64,000 nt of DNA from Lama guanicoe (Eukaryota): assembly GCA_013239625.1 (NCBI GenBank), contig MU054541.1, positions 248,001 through 312,000 on the forward strand. The letters run 5' to 3'. The notes beneath the pieces were generated by a model. The model had not been told where the DNA came from and made no database searches. It saw only the letters and a program-made list of their open reading frames with translations. Both the position numbers and the translations under genes were made by a program. Each line of letters opens with the position of its first letter. Position 1 is the stretch's first letter. Positions 12,536-24,067 of this stretch are shown piece after piece.

Positions 12536-13719
12536 CTGCAGAAAGAGTGAGCGAGAAGAGACACCTGGTCACCTCTGGCATCTCAGGACACTCAGTGACT
12601 GGGAAGAAGGGGAGAGAAGCTGGTCTGAACCCATAAAGTTCCCTTCCTTCCTCCACAAGATAGCTGGAGAGATAAATATGTCCGCAAATGTCCTGAAGAA
12701 CACCTCAGAGAGCTCCCAGGAGAGCTCAGAAACTTACCAGGGGGAGCTAATCCAGATTCCCTGAATCCAGAGGCCCCAGGTCCCTGGGAGCAGGGGTGGC
12801 TAATCATGAACCTCCAGCTCCCCACCCCACCCTCTCAAGCCCCTCTCATGCCACCTCACTATTATTATTTATTTCATATTTCCCTCCTCTTCTAGAGAAG
12901 GACCTGAGAAGGTAGAGACTATGTTTGGCCATCTTTGCATCCTCACCATTTAGTGCTGTCAGACCCCGCTTGCAATGGATGCTCGATAATGTTGGCAGAA
13001 TGAAGGGCTAAGGAAGGTCCTGTAGACAGCCTCCAGCCATGCCTCTCTGCCAACCTGAAGCCCCAGAGGGCTGTGTGGAGGGCTACTTGGCTAGAGATTT
13101 TTGGCCAATTGTAAAATCCCGGATCTAATCGATACCCATCTTTAACAAACAGTCCCAGATTCTCATAGCTTAGAAGCATCGTAAGGGAGAAACTTTATGT
13201 GTTCACTGATTCCTGGCCAATTCCAGGCCTGGCCCAGGAGAAACCTTCTGCATAATATTTCTACTCCATTTTCTGCTATTTTCTGACTGAATACAGAGTA
13301 GAGTGAGGCCCTAGGTTGACATAGAACAAAGCTCCCACATCCCCATATGATCTGTCCTGAACACTGAAGAGATGGAGAAATATACTTTTATTATGTTTAC
13401 CTAATGGGATATTGAGGTCTTTTGTTACAACAGTTAGCCTGCCCTGACAAATACAAATCATGACCCAAAGTCAACTCCCTGTATAGACTGTTTCTATGGA
13501 CATTTCTTCTACGTGCTGGAAACTGAGCACTCTCATATGGTAAAACACAGGCCCTGCCCTGTCAAGGAACTCAATCTTGAGACAAAGAAACAAATAATAC
13601 CGCTTCAAAGAGAAAGTCTTTCAATTGCACCAATTACTTGAAATTACTGAGACTTCTTCATGTTCAGGACAAGGGATCACAGTAGATCTATTCCAGACCT
13701 GCACCACAGGATGAGGGGA

Positions 13720-13930
13720 GGGAGCATAGCTGATGGGGCCAGACTCCCTGGACTTTTATCCCAGTGTCACCACCTCCTGGATGTGTGATTTGAAGCAAGA
13801 TTTTCTTTACCCTCTTTGTGGATTAATTTCTTCCATTGTAAATGGCCATGATAATAGCACACCTCTTAGGGCTGTGGAAGAATATACATTAAGCACTCAG
13901 ACCTGCGCCTGGTGTATAGTAGTAGCTGCT
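13720..13930 (+). mobile_element. MIR SINE (degenerate)
   Basis: TGTGTGATTTGAAGCAAG...TGTAAATGG...ATAATAGCACACCTC MIR-like core. Confidence 0.55.
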
Positions 13931-13951
13931 TAAAAAATGTTAGCAACTTCC

Positions 13952-14038
13952 TTTTTTTTTTAATTTTATTTTAATGGAAGTGCTGGGTTTCACACATGCT
14001 AAGCACACACTCTACCACTGAGCTATTCCTCCACCCCT
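13952..14038 (-). mobile_element. Internally deleted vic-1-like SINE
   Basis: TAGCTCAGTGGTAGAGTG on minus strand; flanking repeat AATGTTAG(C/T)AA. Confidence 0.65.
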
Positions 14039-14557
14039 AATGTTAGTAATTTTAAAAGACCATTTACTCGATTTTATTTATCCCTTATTTTTAGGGTTCT
14101 TCACTGGGGGAACTGGTTATAAAGTGGCACCTCTGCTCCGAGGGGAGAGCAGCTGAGGTGGACGGAGTCGCTAGATCTCCTCTAAGATGCACATTACCCA
14201 CTACAGACTGAATGGCATTTGAATGAAGGCTTTCCCATTGTACTCTTAGGTCTATGATGCTGAAAATATTGAGGTGTAGGGAAACCCAAGACAGAAAGTG
14301 GATGAGGAGCACTTTAAGAAGGAAAAAAAAAAAAAAGGTTTAAACTGCTGGAAAGAAAAAAAGGCCCAGATGCTGAACAGAGATTGGGATAGCATTTGAC
14401 CTGGAGGCCATGTGAATCTTCCCCGGGTTTCCGTACAGGTACCACCCAGCCAGGCCATTATTTGGAGCTAGGAGATGGAAAAAGACCAGTAAGATTTTTT
14501 TTTTTTTTTATAATGGAGTCCTGAGCCTGAGACCTTAAGAATTAAACAGTCACTCAC

Positions 14558-14584
14558 CAGCATGGGACCGAGCTTTTCTCCAGT
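14558..14584 (-). CDS. Butyrophilin-like gene, 27-bp juxta-B30.2 exon (WRKARSHA)
   Basis: TTTTCTATTGCAG|ACTGGAGAAAAGCTCGGTCCCATGCTG|GTGAGT; matches the BTN1/BTN2 'WKKATLHA/WRRTFLHA' exon; phase 1/1. Confidence 0.85.
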
Positions 14585-17500
14585 CTGCAATAGAAAACAG
14601 AGAGGTGAGCGCTCCCTGGCTGGAGTCATACATTGCTTCGCCCTTTCTGTGTTCTGGCTGCCTTCCCTCATGTTCCTCACAAGGATGGTGTCCAGGCAGA
14701 GGGAAGTCAGATGAAATGTACTCTTCTATTTCCCCTTCCTGTTTCCTAAGTAAGGGCTTGGACGGCACTGGGAGCTCTTTATTCATCTCTCCTCTTTCCC
14801 CAAATTAGATGACTTTGTGCCTCAGTAGCTGAAAGGCACCAGCTGATGCAAATGCCTGTGAAGGCTGCCATCACATGGAGCACAGCCCTGAAAACAGGAC
14901 AGAACTATGCTGGATTCACTCTTCTGTTCATTGTGGTCATGGTTCACTCGTTCCCATGGTCAGGCGCCTGACCTGGGAGAAGGTGATCCTGTCCTCTCTG
15001 GCATCTTTTCCAAGACCTCGTACACTGTCCTGCATGCAGTAAGATTGGCCAACAGCCTGGAAATCTGTCTCTTTTATCGCGTTCATCTCTGCAGGAAGCA
15101 TCTATTTTTCATAGTTTCTATGTCACCTCTTGCTGTCATAAAGGACTCCTACACTTTTTGTCTTATACCTTTACCTGGGAAGCTGCTAGTGTATTCTGGG
15201 CACTATGGCTTATTGTCAATTAGCTCACGGCTCTTCTCTCTACCCCAATATGTTGTTATCCACGACTCATTAGCCAAGAAACTCAAAGCTGGTTAATTAA
15301 CCATTCAATGTCCCTGTTTCTTCATCTGTAGGATAGAGATGTGACTAACATTTGCTACTGAAGTTATCTGGGTAGGACTTAGAATAGCACCTACAAAAAT
15401 ACTAAATCACTGTGCTGTATGCCTGAAACTAACACAATGTTATAAATCAACTCTACTCCAATTAAAAAGATGTTTTTAATCTAAAAAAGGCATTTACAGT
15501 TATGCAAGGTCATCAAAAAAAGAAAAAGATACAGAGGAGCAAAAAGAATGCATTTCTAGAGCTGACCTGTTGTATGGGCTGCACACTTGGTTTCTACCTG
15601 CCTCCTCTGCATCTCTACTTTGATCACACATAGGCTCCTCATCTTAATGTATCCTGACTTCCGATTCTGTGCTACCTCCCCCCCTTGCCCCCACTGCCTG
15701 CTTCTCTCTCGGTTTCCCCGTCATGGTAATTGACAATTCTATCTTTACAGTTTCTTAGGACTAAGACCTTGGAGTCATCCTTGATCCACTCCTTTATTTA
15801 TACCTCACATCGAAATCTATCAGCAAAGTCTTTCTACCCTTTAAAAAAAATAAATCCAGCACTGACCCCTTCTCACCACTTCCAGCACCCACCCTTGGTT
15901 TCCCTGCAGCAGCTCCCAGCTGGCCTTTAGGCTTCTATCCTGCTCCTCCTACCCTTCCCCCGAGCCTAGTCTCAGTTTAGCATCTAAAGTAACTTCTCAA
16001 AGCATAACTCAGGTTCTGTTCTTCCTCTGCTCAAAACCCATTGGTGGCTCCTTTCTCAGATGCAAAGCCAATGCCAGCACGTTGACTTTCAAGGTCCTCC
16101 AAACCCCCTGATACTCCCTCCAGTTTTCCTGGTCACTCCCTGTCCTCTAGCTGCCCTGGCCCCTTTGTTACTCTTCAAAGAAACCAATGAGCTTCTGCCT
16201 CTGGATTTTGGCACTGTGGTTCTCTCTACTTGAAATGCTTTTCCCTAGCTATTCCTGTGGCTTGCTTCCCTACTTCATCATCACCCTATTTTATTTTATA
16301 TTTTTTTATTGAAGTGTTTATGTACAAATATTAAAAGTTACAAGTGTACAAATCATTACCCTGTTTTAAATTGCACCTTCCAGTGCAATATTCTCTTATC
16401 TCCCAGGCACATATCATCATGTGCCAAACTGTATATTCCACTATTTCTTTTTTTTTTTTTTCTTTCTTCTTACTCTAGAAGGTAGGTGCTTTGTGAATGG
16501 CGCATTCCTGTTGTGTTCATTTCTGTGCCCCTGGCACCTAAAAGAGTAATTGGCACATAGTTAATGGTCATGGATCTTTGTTGAGTTGGTAAATGAATGA
16601 CTAACTGAATGACTAAATGAACTGAATAGAGAAGCCCTGAAGGAAACTGGAGAGTGATGGGTCCAGGATGAGAATGAGGGAACAGCCTCAGAAAGAAGAA
16701 AAGACATCTACTCTGTTGAAGTCAGAGCAAACAGGTCAGAAAGGGCAGGTGCAGGGCATGGGGCAGGAAGTTTGGCCCCTCCCTTCTAGTTTCTCTCTGA
16801 GATGGGGGTTGCTTCACCTTCAGAGTCGTGGGAAAAGGATGTGGTGATGAGGATCACAGCTAGTGTTCACTGAACTTAACTGCGTGCTGCCTTCTGTACT
16901 GGGTGTTCTCCATACTTTGATCTCATTTCCTAGCATCTGCTCAATATAGTAGTTGTAATTAAATCAATTTTGAGGTTGGAAAAATAGAATTTCAAAGTAG
17001 TTTAGGAGCCTGTCCTGGTTTGTCTGAATGAGTAGAATAAACAAGGTCAACCAGGTGTGGTGAACAGGCAGAGGAAAGGGGCACAGAAATAGATAGAAAA
17101 CTGCATGCTGTATTTGAGGCACCGCAGGTGGTGTGGTTAGACCAGTGTGGAGCTGGGCATGTCCGGGAATGTCCAGGGATCGGGCAGAAATAGGGCTGGA
17201 CCATCAAGTGCTTGCAATGCAGAGATGAAAAGTGCATGGACTGAACTTCATCTAACTGCTGTAAAAACTTTGGTCAGACAAAAATCTTATTCCCAAATAC
17301 ATTGGGAAATATATCTTCAAACTCCTGAGGGAGCCAATTTAAAAACATTAGCATTAAAAGTTAAAATCTGTCATTAAGGACTTCATTTGTTACTAATGCA
17401 ATTATGAACTTATTTTGGAACCTGGAATCACTCAGCAATAATTGATTACGAGGATGTTAAACTGGTGATAGAGAATCCGCTTAGGTTGTGTTTGTTTAGA

Positions 17501-17789
17501 TTAAAATCTATATTAAGACAATTTTTTTAAATTGAAAATTCTTTTAGAATTTACAAATGTCCATAGCCTTCCCCGCACCAATAAGAATGCAGAAGGTGAT
17601 GGGAAGCCACAGAAGTTTTGGGAATTGAGAGGAATGCAATCAGACATCTGTTTTGGTGAGTTTACTCTGAAACTCTAGACTATGGTCATGCTGTAAACTT
17701 TGCAGAAATAATGTTTTGTTTATGCTGGTTGTTTTCCAGATTTCTTGTCTGTTTCCTAATATTTATTTAAACTGAAAGCCTTTTTTAGA

Positions 17790-18055
17790 TTTTATTTTTT
17801 ATTGAAGTGTAGTTGACTTACAGTGTTAGTTTCAGGTGTACAGTGAAGTGATTCAGTTGTACATATATATACATAGATATTTTCTTTACAGATTCTTTTC
17901 CATTATATGTTATGACAAGAAGTTGAATATAGTTCCCTGTGCTATACAGTAGGTCCTTGTTGTTTATCTCTTTTATATATAATAATGTGTATCTGTTAAT
18001 CCCAAACTCCTAATTTATTCCTTCCCTGCACCCTTTCCCCTTTGGTAACCATAGT
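17790..18055 (-). mobile_element. LINE-1 3'UTR fragment
   Basis: Reverse complement matches the 3' end of the L1 at 9.8-10.1 kb (TATAGCACAGGGAACTAT, GGTTACCAAAGGGGAAAGG). Confidence 0.8.
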
Positions 18056-18348
18056 TGTAAACTGAAAGTCTTAAAATGAAAAGGGTAGCAGTAGCTCTTG
18101 TGAGGAATGGAAGCAGCCTACTGTTAAGAGAAGGGCCTTGGTAAATGAACTCCAGGAATCTGCGGTAAAAGAAGAAAGAAAAATTGAGGGAGGTAGTTTA
18201 TGCCTGAGAAGAGGCCCTGGACTGAACAGTAAAAGGACTTGTCCTGAAGGGAGGAAAGAAAGGTGCCCACTTGGGCGGGTGGTGGCAGCATTACACAGCA
18301 GCAGGTAGAGGAGGAAGGGCAGTTTAACGGGAAAGGAGATGGAGTTCA

Positions 18349-18466
18349 TTTTTTTTTTTAATTTTTTTAACTTTTTTTTTCTTTTTTTAACAGAGGTACT
18401 GGGGATTGAACCCAGGACCTCCTGCATGCTGAGTATGCACGCTACCTCTGAGCTATGTTCCACCCC
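18349..18466 (-). mobile_element. tRNA-derived SINE (vic-1-like)
   Basis: TAGCTCAGAGGTAG...GGTTCAATCCCCAGTACCTC on minus strand, polyA tail, flanking GGAGTTCA/GGAATTCA. Confidence 0.8.
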
Positions 18467-18788
18467 TACTGGAATTCAGTGTTGGCCACAGGTTTGAATA
18501 ACCTTTGAGGCATCCATGGTATGTGAACAGAGATATTGGGATTATAAGGGTTAAGTCCAGATTGTGTAAGAATGATCAAGGCCTCAGGGGAAAGAATCAG
18601 GTTCATCTAAGTTACCTATTAAATGAAGCAGATAAAGTCTTAGAGGAAAAACAAAAATTCCAATTTACTCACCATCCACCTTCTGGGCTTTCCTCCAGCC
18701 TGAAGTGGAGCAAAGAAACCTCATGAGATACATTGCACAAGAGAGGGTCTCAAGTCGTACATACAGGAGAGGGAAGCACAGAACTTAC

Positions 18789-18809
18789 AGAGTTCTCTTT
18801 GGAGTTTTT
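18789..18809 (-). CDS. Butyrophilin-like gene, 21-bp heptad exon (EKLQREL)
   Basis: CCTTTTGCAG|AAAAACTCCAAAGAGAACTCT|GTAAGT; canonical BTN coiled-coil mini-exon. Confidence 0.82.
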
Positions 18810-19132
18810 CTGCAAAAGGACAAGAAATGAATCAGTACCATCCATAGGAAACAAGCCAGGTTCATATGGACAGGGCCTCTGGAAGCCCTCTTCCTGGCTT
18901 ATGAGTGCAGTGAGTCCTGGGAGCTGTCCCAGAACTGGGGAAGCAAGGGCACAGTCAGGCACACAGCTTGAGGGGAGTAAAAGGATAGGGTTGGTGGTAC
19001 TGAGGGAGGAAGGACTGCACGAAAAACCTCAAGTTCAAATCCCCTTGATCTGCTTTGTTCTTGCCCTCTCCCTTCTCTGTCCAATCCATAGTCTTCTTTG
19101 GATCCACTGCCTCGGTCTTCTAATTGCTTTAC

Positions 19133-19297
19133 CTTTGGTCCAACATTCTCGCGCTTTCTCCCGGTGAAGTTTCCAGATAAAACCAAGAGCAGCCAGCAGG
19201 AGAAGCCCCAGAAGAAGCAAGAGTGAAGTCTGAGCAGCTGCCCAAGGGAAGTCCTTCAGGAAGAGAGCACCTGAGCCAGAAGTGCTGGGTGTTATTC
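19133..19297 (-). CDS. Butyrophilin-like gene, transmembrane exon
   Basis: Acceptor CTTTTCTCTGCAG (alternative in-phase acceptor near 19271), donor GTAAAG. Translation ...LFLKDFPWAAAQTSLLLLLGLLLLAALGFIWKLHREKARECWTK. Confidence 0.8.
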
Positions 19298-19784
19298 CTG
19301 CAGAGAAAAGCAGGGAAGAGCCAAACACTGTGGTGCTGGAGCACACAGAGGATGCCTCGGGATTCTGTGGGGTTCCTGTTCCAGCCCAGTGGCAGAGGGG
19401 CCTGGCTGGGAGAGTGACCCCAGCTTTGCCCCGTTATCTTCCAAGAGATGGTTGGGAAAACAAGATACCGTGAAAGTCATCATGAAAATACATAAGTACT
19501 TAAGTAAAATAAATAAAACGGTTCTGGGACCCAGTATTAAATATTTGGACCATTAAAAAGTCTTTCACAAGTCTTCCCCTACAGTGTTGAGCAGAAAGCA
19601 GGGAGTGGTGCTTTACACAAGCAAATATTTGATAAACAGAGCATTTCCCAAGAAATCCTGCCTAATCAGTGCTTTAAAAAAACCAAGAGGAATTTCCAGA
19701 AATGATTCAGACCATTTGCAAAGGGGCTGAAACGAAGAGAGAGAGGACTACACACGAGCACAGCCCTTTAAACAGCATCCTCAC

Positions 19785-19970
19785 CTGCTTCCTTCTGTCC
19801 AGCAGTGTCTTCAGTGGAATCCCATTGTTGGGAAAATGGTGAGTGTTCAGGGCCTCTGACTTGGCATCTCCTGGTGGAGAAGCTACAGGCCTCCCCTCCA
19901 TGGTGGTGATGAGTCCCGTCCTTGGCCAAGCACATGGCTGAAGAAGATGAGTCCTGCAGCTCTTGTACCT
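19785..19970 (-). CDS. Butyrophilin-like gene, putative 186-bp ectodomain exon (collapsed IgV remnant)
   Basis: Acceptor CCCCTCTCCCCCACAG, donor GCAG|GTGAGG. Phase 1/1 and stop-free: EVQELQDSSSSAMCLAKDGTHHHHGGEACSFSTRRCQVRGPEHSPFSQQWDSTEDTAGQKEA. Both ends resemble the BTN3 IgV exon at nucleotide level. Confidence 0.55.
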
Positions 19971-20058
19971 CTGTGGGGGAGAGGGGACGGAGAGCTCACT
20001 GTCCTTCACACCTCGATTGGAAAATCAGGAGTCACTCCCTGCCCACTGAGCTGCTTAC

Positions 20059-20120
20059 CAGCCAGTAAGAGGGAGAAGAGGTGGAGACAGGGATGAATAA
20101 AGGAAGGACACTGGACTAAC
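20059..20120 (-). CDS. Butyrophilin-like gene, putative leader exon
   Basis: TTTAG|G TTA GTC...CTG GCT G|GTAAGC gives (M)LVQCPSFIHPCLHLFSLLLA; phase-1 end as in BTN leader exons. Confidence 0.5.
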
Positions 20121-20600
20121 CTAAAGTTGGGTCATGCCTCTCAGAGACAGAAATTTGGGGCTGTTTTGGCTTCTGCTCGATTCCCAGCACCTAAAACTGA
20201 GGGTTGGTAGATCTCCAGGTAAAATACGTTGCATTTTAACTTGCTAAATCGGGGTACTTTATACATAGGAGACTCTCAGTAAATATTTGTGGGATGAATG
20301 AATGCTGTTTTCTGCTTGGAGCTTTAATAAGAAAACAGAGAATCCAAGCAAGGCTGCAGGCAGAGGGAAGCTGGCCTGGGGAGACAAGGGAAGCTGAGTT
20401 GAGCTGATAAGCAGAGAGCCCTGTCTGTTTGCTGTGAGCCAGATCCTGTGCTGAGCAGAGAGGTAGGATCAGAGGAGTAGAGAGAGGAGTCCGAGACAGC
20501 CTGGGCCTTTAAGGAGCCCAGTGACCTGACACTCACACTGTCCATCTCCCTTGTCCACACCTGCTGGCTGTCTCCCCACCGCCAATTCTCAGGCACTCAC

Positions 20601-20660
20601 ATTTTCTTCTGATTGACTTGGTCTTGGGATGACTTTGTGATTCAGACACTGGGCTGGGCC
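20601..20660 (-). other. Putative 5' exon of the butyrophilin-like gene, ending in AT of a split start codon (5' boundary unknown)
   Basis: AGAAGAAAAT|GTGAGT strong donor; AT plus G of the next exon forms an in-frame ATG with A at -3; in-frame TGA 14 codons upstream. Confidence 0.4.
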
Positions 20661-21539
20661 AAGGCTCCAGTCAGGACTCTCCACGGCTGGTCTCTCAGGC
20701 TGGAGCACCAGCAGAGGCCAGGGAGTACCCCTGGGCTGGGAGTTGCCATTGGCAGGGCTCCCCTGGGGACTCCACTTAGATGTGGGTCTGGCCAGGGTGC
20801 CATGTCTCCACTCCTGCCCCCCGTGCTGTTACCAACTATGATGGGGGCGAACTCTGGACTGTGAACCCCATTTACCTTACATTTATGATGTAAGATATCG
20901 ATGCTTTCAGGGATAGGAGCCAGGTCTAGAGATCGGCCTACGTAGACAGACCTGGGTTGGCCAGTTTCACCACAGCTCTGCTGAATTGGAACTCACACCG
21001 CCTGGCATGAGGCCTGTGAACTCAGTGGACCTGTTGGCAATATCTGCTGTGTTGCTGGAGTGAGAGAGAAGGTGACGTGGCTGGGGCACCTGGAAGTGGA
21101 GAACAAGATGGAGAAAAAGAATTTTATATTAAAACAAAACCAAAAAATAAAGCACAATGCAGGATACGTCTGATGAATTCTTTTCACATCTTCAGCCCTA
21201 CAGGGATTTGCCGGAAGGTAGGAGACAATGGGGACAAGGAGCTGGTACTAGGCAACAAGGCTGGTCTGGGATGGAATCGAAGAATGTACACTTTTCTTAT
21301 TAGAAGAGAATTTTTGCGGGGGGCAGGTAGAATGGGTAATGCTATGGAAATGCAGCACCAAAGCAGGTAGAACCCAGGAAGGCTACAGAGTAAAGGAGTC
21401 ATCAACTCTTAATCCCCTCGGTCAGTGTCAGTGGGATAAATGCTTCCCTTCAAAATCTGAACCTCTCTCTGGCTATGGCAGCATTGAAGACCAATAGACC
21501 CAGATGCTGGTTGTAACCGTGCTCTTGACCAAGGAGCAC

Positions 21540-21790
21540 AGACAGTCTTTTGGCTGAAAGTGTGAGAATTTCTAGGGTTACACAATCTGGATTCACGTTT
21601 GGCTCCACCGGCTTCACTAGCTGTGTGATCTTGGGCATAATATTCACCTCTTTAAGCCTCCTCTACAATATGGGTTGAATAGTAGTAATGGCTTCCTGGG
21701 AAGGCTGTGAGGATGGAACCAGGGTGTGCACGTGAAATGGAGCCTTGGGGGCAGTGATCGGTACAGAATGCTCAGTAAATATTAGTTATG
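21540..21790 (+). mobile_element. MIR SINE
   Basis: CACTAGCTGTGTGATCTTGGGCA...GCTCAGTAAATATTAGTTAT. Confidence 0.7.
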
Positions 21791-22819
21791 GCCCTATTAA
21801 CTCTTACTCCAATTTACCCAATATTGTGGTTATTTATTAACATCTAGCTAGCCCTCTAGACAGCAGATCCTTGAAAAGAGATGTCTAGGCTTGTTTATCT
21901 TAATATGTACTTATCTCCCCCTCCCCCACCACAGTCTACTCCGTACTTTTTTCCAGTCTGTTGACCTCTTCTAGTGCTGATTCAGCCATCTTTGCAGTCT
22001 GGCTTCTGGTGGGGACCTACCAAGAACAGCAAAAGATCCAAAGGGTGGAAGGACAGAGACTCCAGGATGTCTATGCCCCTAGCTCCATCCCTACTGGGTA
22101 GCAGGTGACAGTGGCTGCCATCTTGCTCCAGAGCCCCTGCTCTGTCGGGACACTTTTCTATGGCTACAAATCTCACCTGCTTTGAAAATACTCTCCCCTT
22201 GCTCCTTCAGACCCATTGGTGATAGCTCCTGCTGTAGTCCCAGAGCAAGTCACCCTGGAACTCCACTACTCCTATCAACCCAAACATTTTAGAGCCTAGG
22301 TTTTCTCAAATTCATAATATCCCTGATCTCATCTGGTTCCCTGCCCTTTCTCCTTATCCCTTTACAGAATACTGTTGAGGCTAAGATGCTTTAATTGATG
22401 TATCCAAGGTCATAGCTAACTGGTTTTCTGATTTTTAGTCTAGTGATCTTTTCCTGCTTGACTCTGAGAGTCTGAGAGTCTTCCTAGAGGGAAAGTCCTG
22501 CTTCCCAAGTATTTGGAGACCAGAATTGGCACTGATGCATTTGCATCAGGCAGAGAGGTCTCCTGCTCAAGGAATTATTCCATGCATAGAAAATGAAAGC
22601 AGTCCCTGGTGCTGCAAAGGCAGGGGCCTGGACGGGACCGGCGACCTCTGGGCACAGGAAAGGAGTGCACTGAAATGGACTGGAGAGCTGGGGTCGGCAG
22701 AGAAGGTGGAGGGCAGGGCTGCCGTCTCACTTCTGGTGAGACTTCTTGTTGTGGGCAACACCCCTTACACTTGTTGGTAGTCTCCTCCTTGCTTGTCCCG
22801 TTCCAGCCCTTCTAGTCTA

Positions 22820-22955
22820 CCACTCTCCTCCCTCCCCTTCCTCCTGACTCTCCCCTCTCCCTTTCCTCCTCTCCCTCGTCCCTCCCTCTTCCTCTTCTAG
22901 GCTCCTGTCCCTTCCCCAGCTTCTTCCACCGCCTCCGCCTCCTTTTCCCTCTGAT
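22820..22955 (+). repeat. CT-rich low-complexity polypyrimidine tract
   Basis: Almost exclusively C/T for about 130 bp. Confidence 0.7.
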
Positions 22956-23409
22956 AATAATCTTTAGGCTTTTCTGTCCCCCGGTGGCCAATGTGCGTCA
23001 CTGCAGGTGCCTGGGAAACAACCTCCATCTCTCAACCGGTATGAAAGGAGTGGGGAGTAAACAAACAGCCAAGCTAAGGGCTGTGCAGTGCAGAATCCCA
23101 AGAACTGAAATACGTGGGGTTTTGACTCAGGAGTTACATCTGTACGTCTATTTTTACACCAACTGAGGTTTATTTCAGTCCCCAGCCCTTTTCTGCTTAA
23201 TGGCAGGACCTTGATCGTAACCAAATCGGGCTACACCTAAGCTGACTTAGTCCATTCAGGACTTTATCGAGTAATTTGGGGGCTCTTCATTTTCTCGGAA
23301 TTGTATCTCAGTCTGAGGGCGAAGGGAAGACCTCTGTCTTGTCCAGGTACCAGTAAGAAGTCGCCTGCTGGCATCTGCCCACTTGGGATCTGCTTCTACA
23401 TCCTTGTAC

Positions 23410-24067
23410 ACTGGTTTCTCAGCGTGGAACCCTATAAATACCCACTTTTTCCCTCTGCATCCTTAAAGGAAAGATGATAAAATGGCCGCACTTAGGCTAA
23501 CAAATTCTTGGCTTTATGCTTTCTGCTTGCTTTTAGAATGGTCAGCAAACCTGACTGACCGGACACTGTTGCCAGCCTCAGGCCCATGTTAAAGCTAAGG
23601 TTGTTGACTTTGCTGTTTTTGCTTTGCTCTGGCAACTAAAATTTATAGTCATGTTTTCTGAGTCATTCTTCAGGTAGAGAGTCATGGAATGATAAATTCA
23701 GGAGAATGGCCTCACCCTTCAGAGTTCCTCCGTGGTGCTAGATGAGTCTAAGCAGATAATAGAAGGTCATGGGCTGATGACCTTCCAGATCACTGGAAGG
23801 TCCCATGATGCCAGACTCATCAAGATTTAGAAGGAAGTTTCATCAGAGACCCTTGTTGATTGTTATCACCTTTTATGTTCCAACCCCTTTGTCTATAGAA
23901 TCACTAAGCCCCAATCCCAAGATGGGTTCACAGTTTTGAAGGTATTAGCCTGCTGTGAGTTGCCTTTGCCCAGCAAAGCAATAATCTGCCTCTGTTCTTC
24001 TAAACTCTAGGGCCATATCTCTGTGTTATTTGGCTTGTCAGGGACATGGGCTGATCCTTTGGCAACA
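23410..24067 (+). mobile_element. ERV solo-LTR-like element
   Basis: LTR-like body with a TATA-like element and GCAATAA, ending GGCAACA; 5' boundary approximate. Confidence 0.5.

Noticed and set aside
12536-12656. N-terminal 40 aa of the 212-aa B30.2 ORF (single-exon cytosolic B30.2)
   Set aside because: Includes a polypyrimidine tract and CAG acceptor, and canonical upstream BTN mini-exons exist, so this is intron.
12012-12764. 250-aa plus-strand ORF
   Set aside because: Antisense shadow of the B30.2 exon; no recognisable domain.
20640-20803. Possible degenerate IgC domain (W-PDP...GL...RD)
   Set aside because: Similarity too weak, no conserved cysteine pattern, and it lies upstream of the leader exon, the wrong position for IgC.
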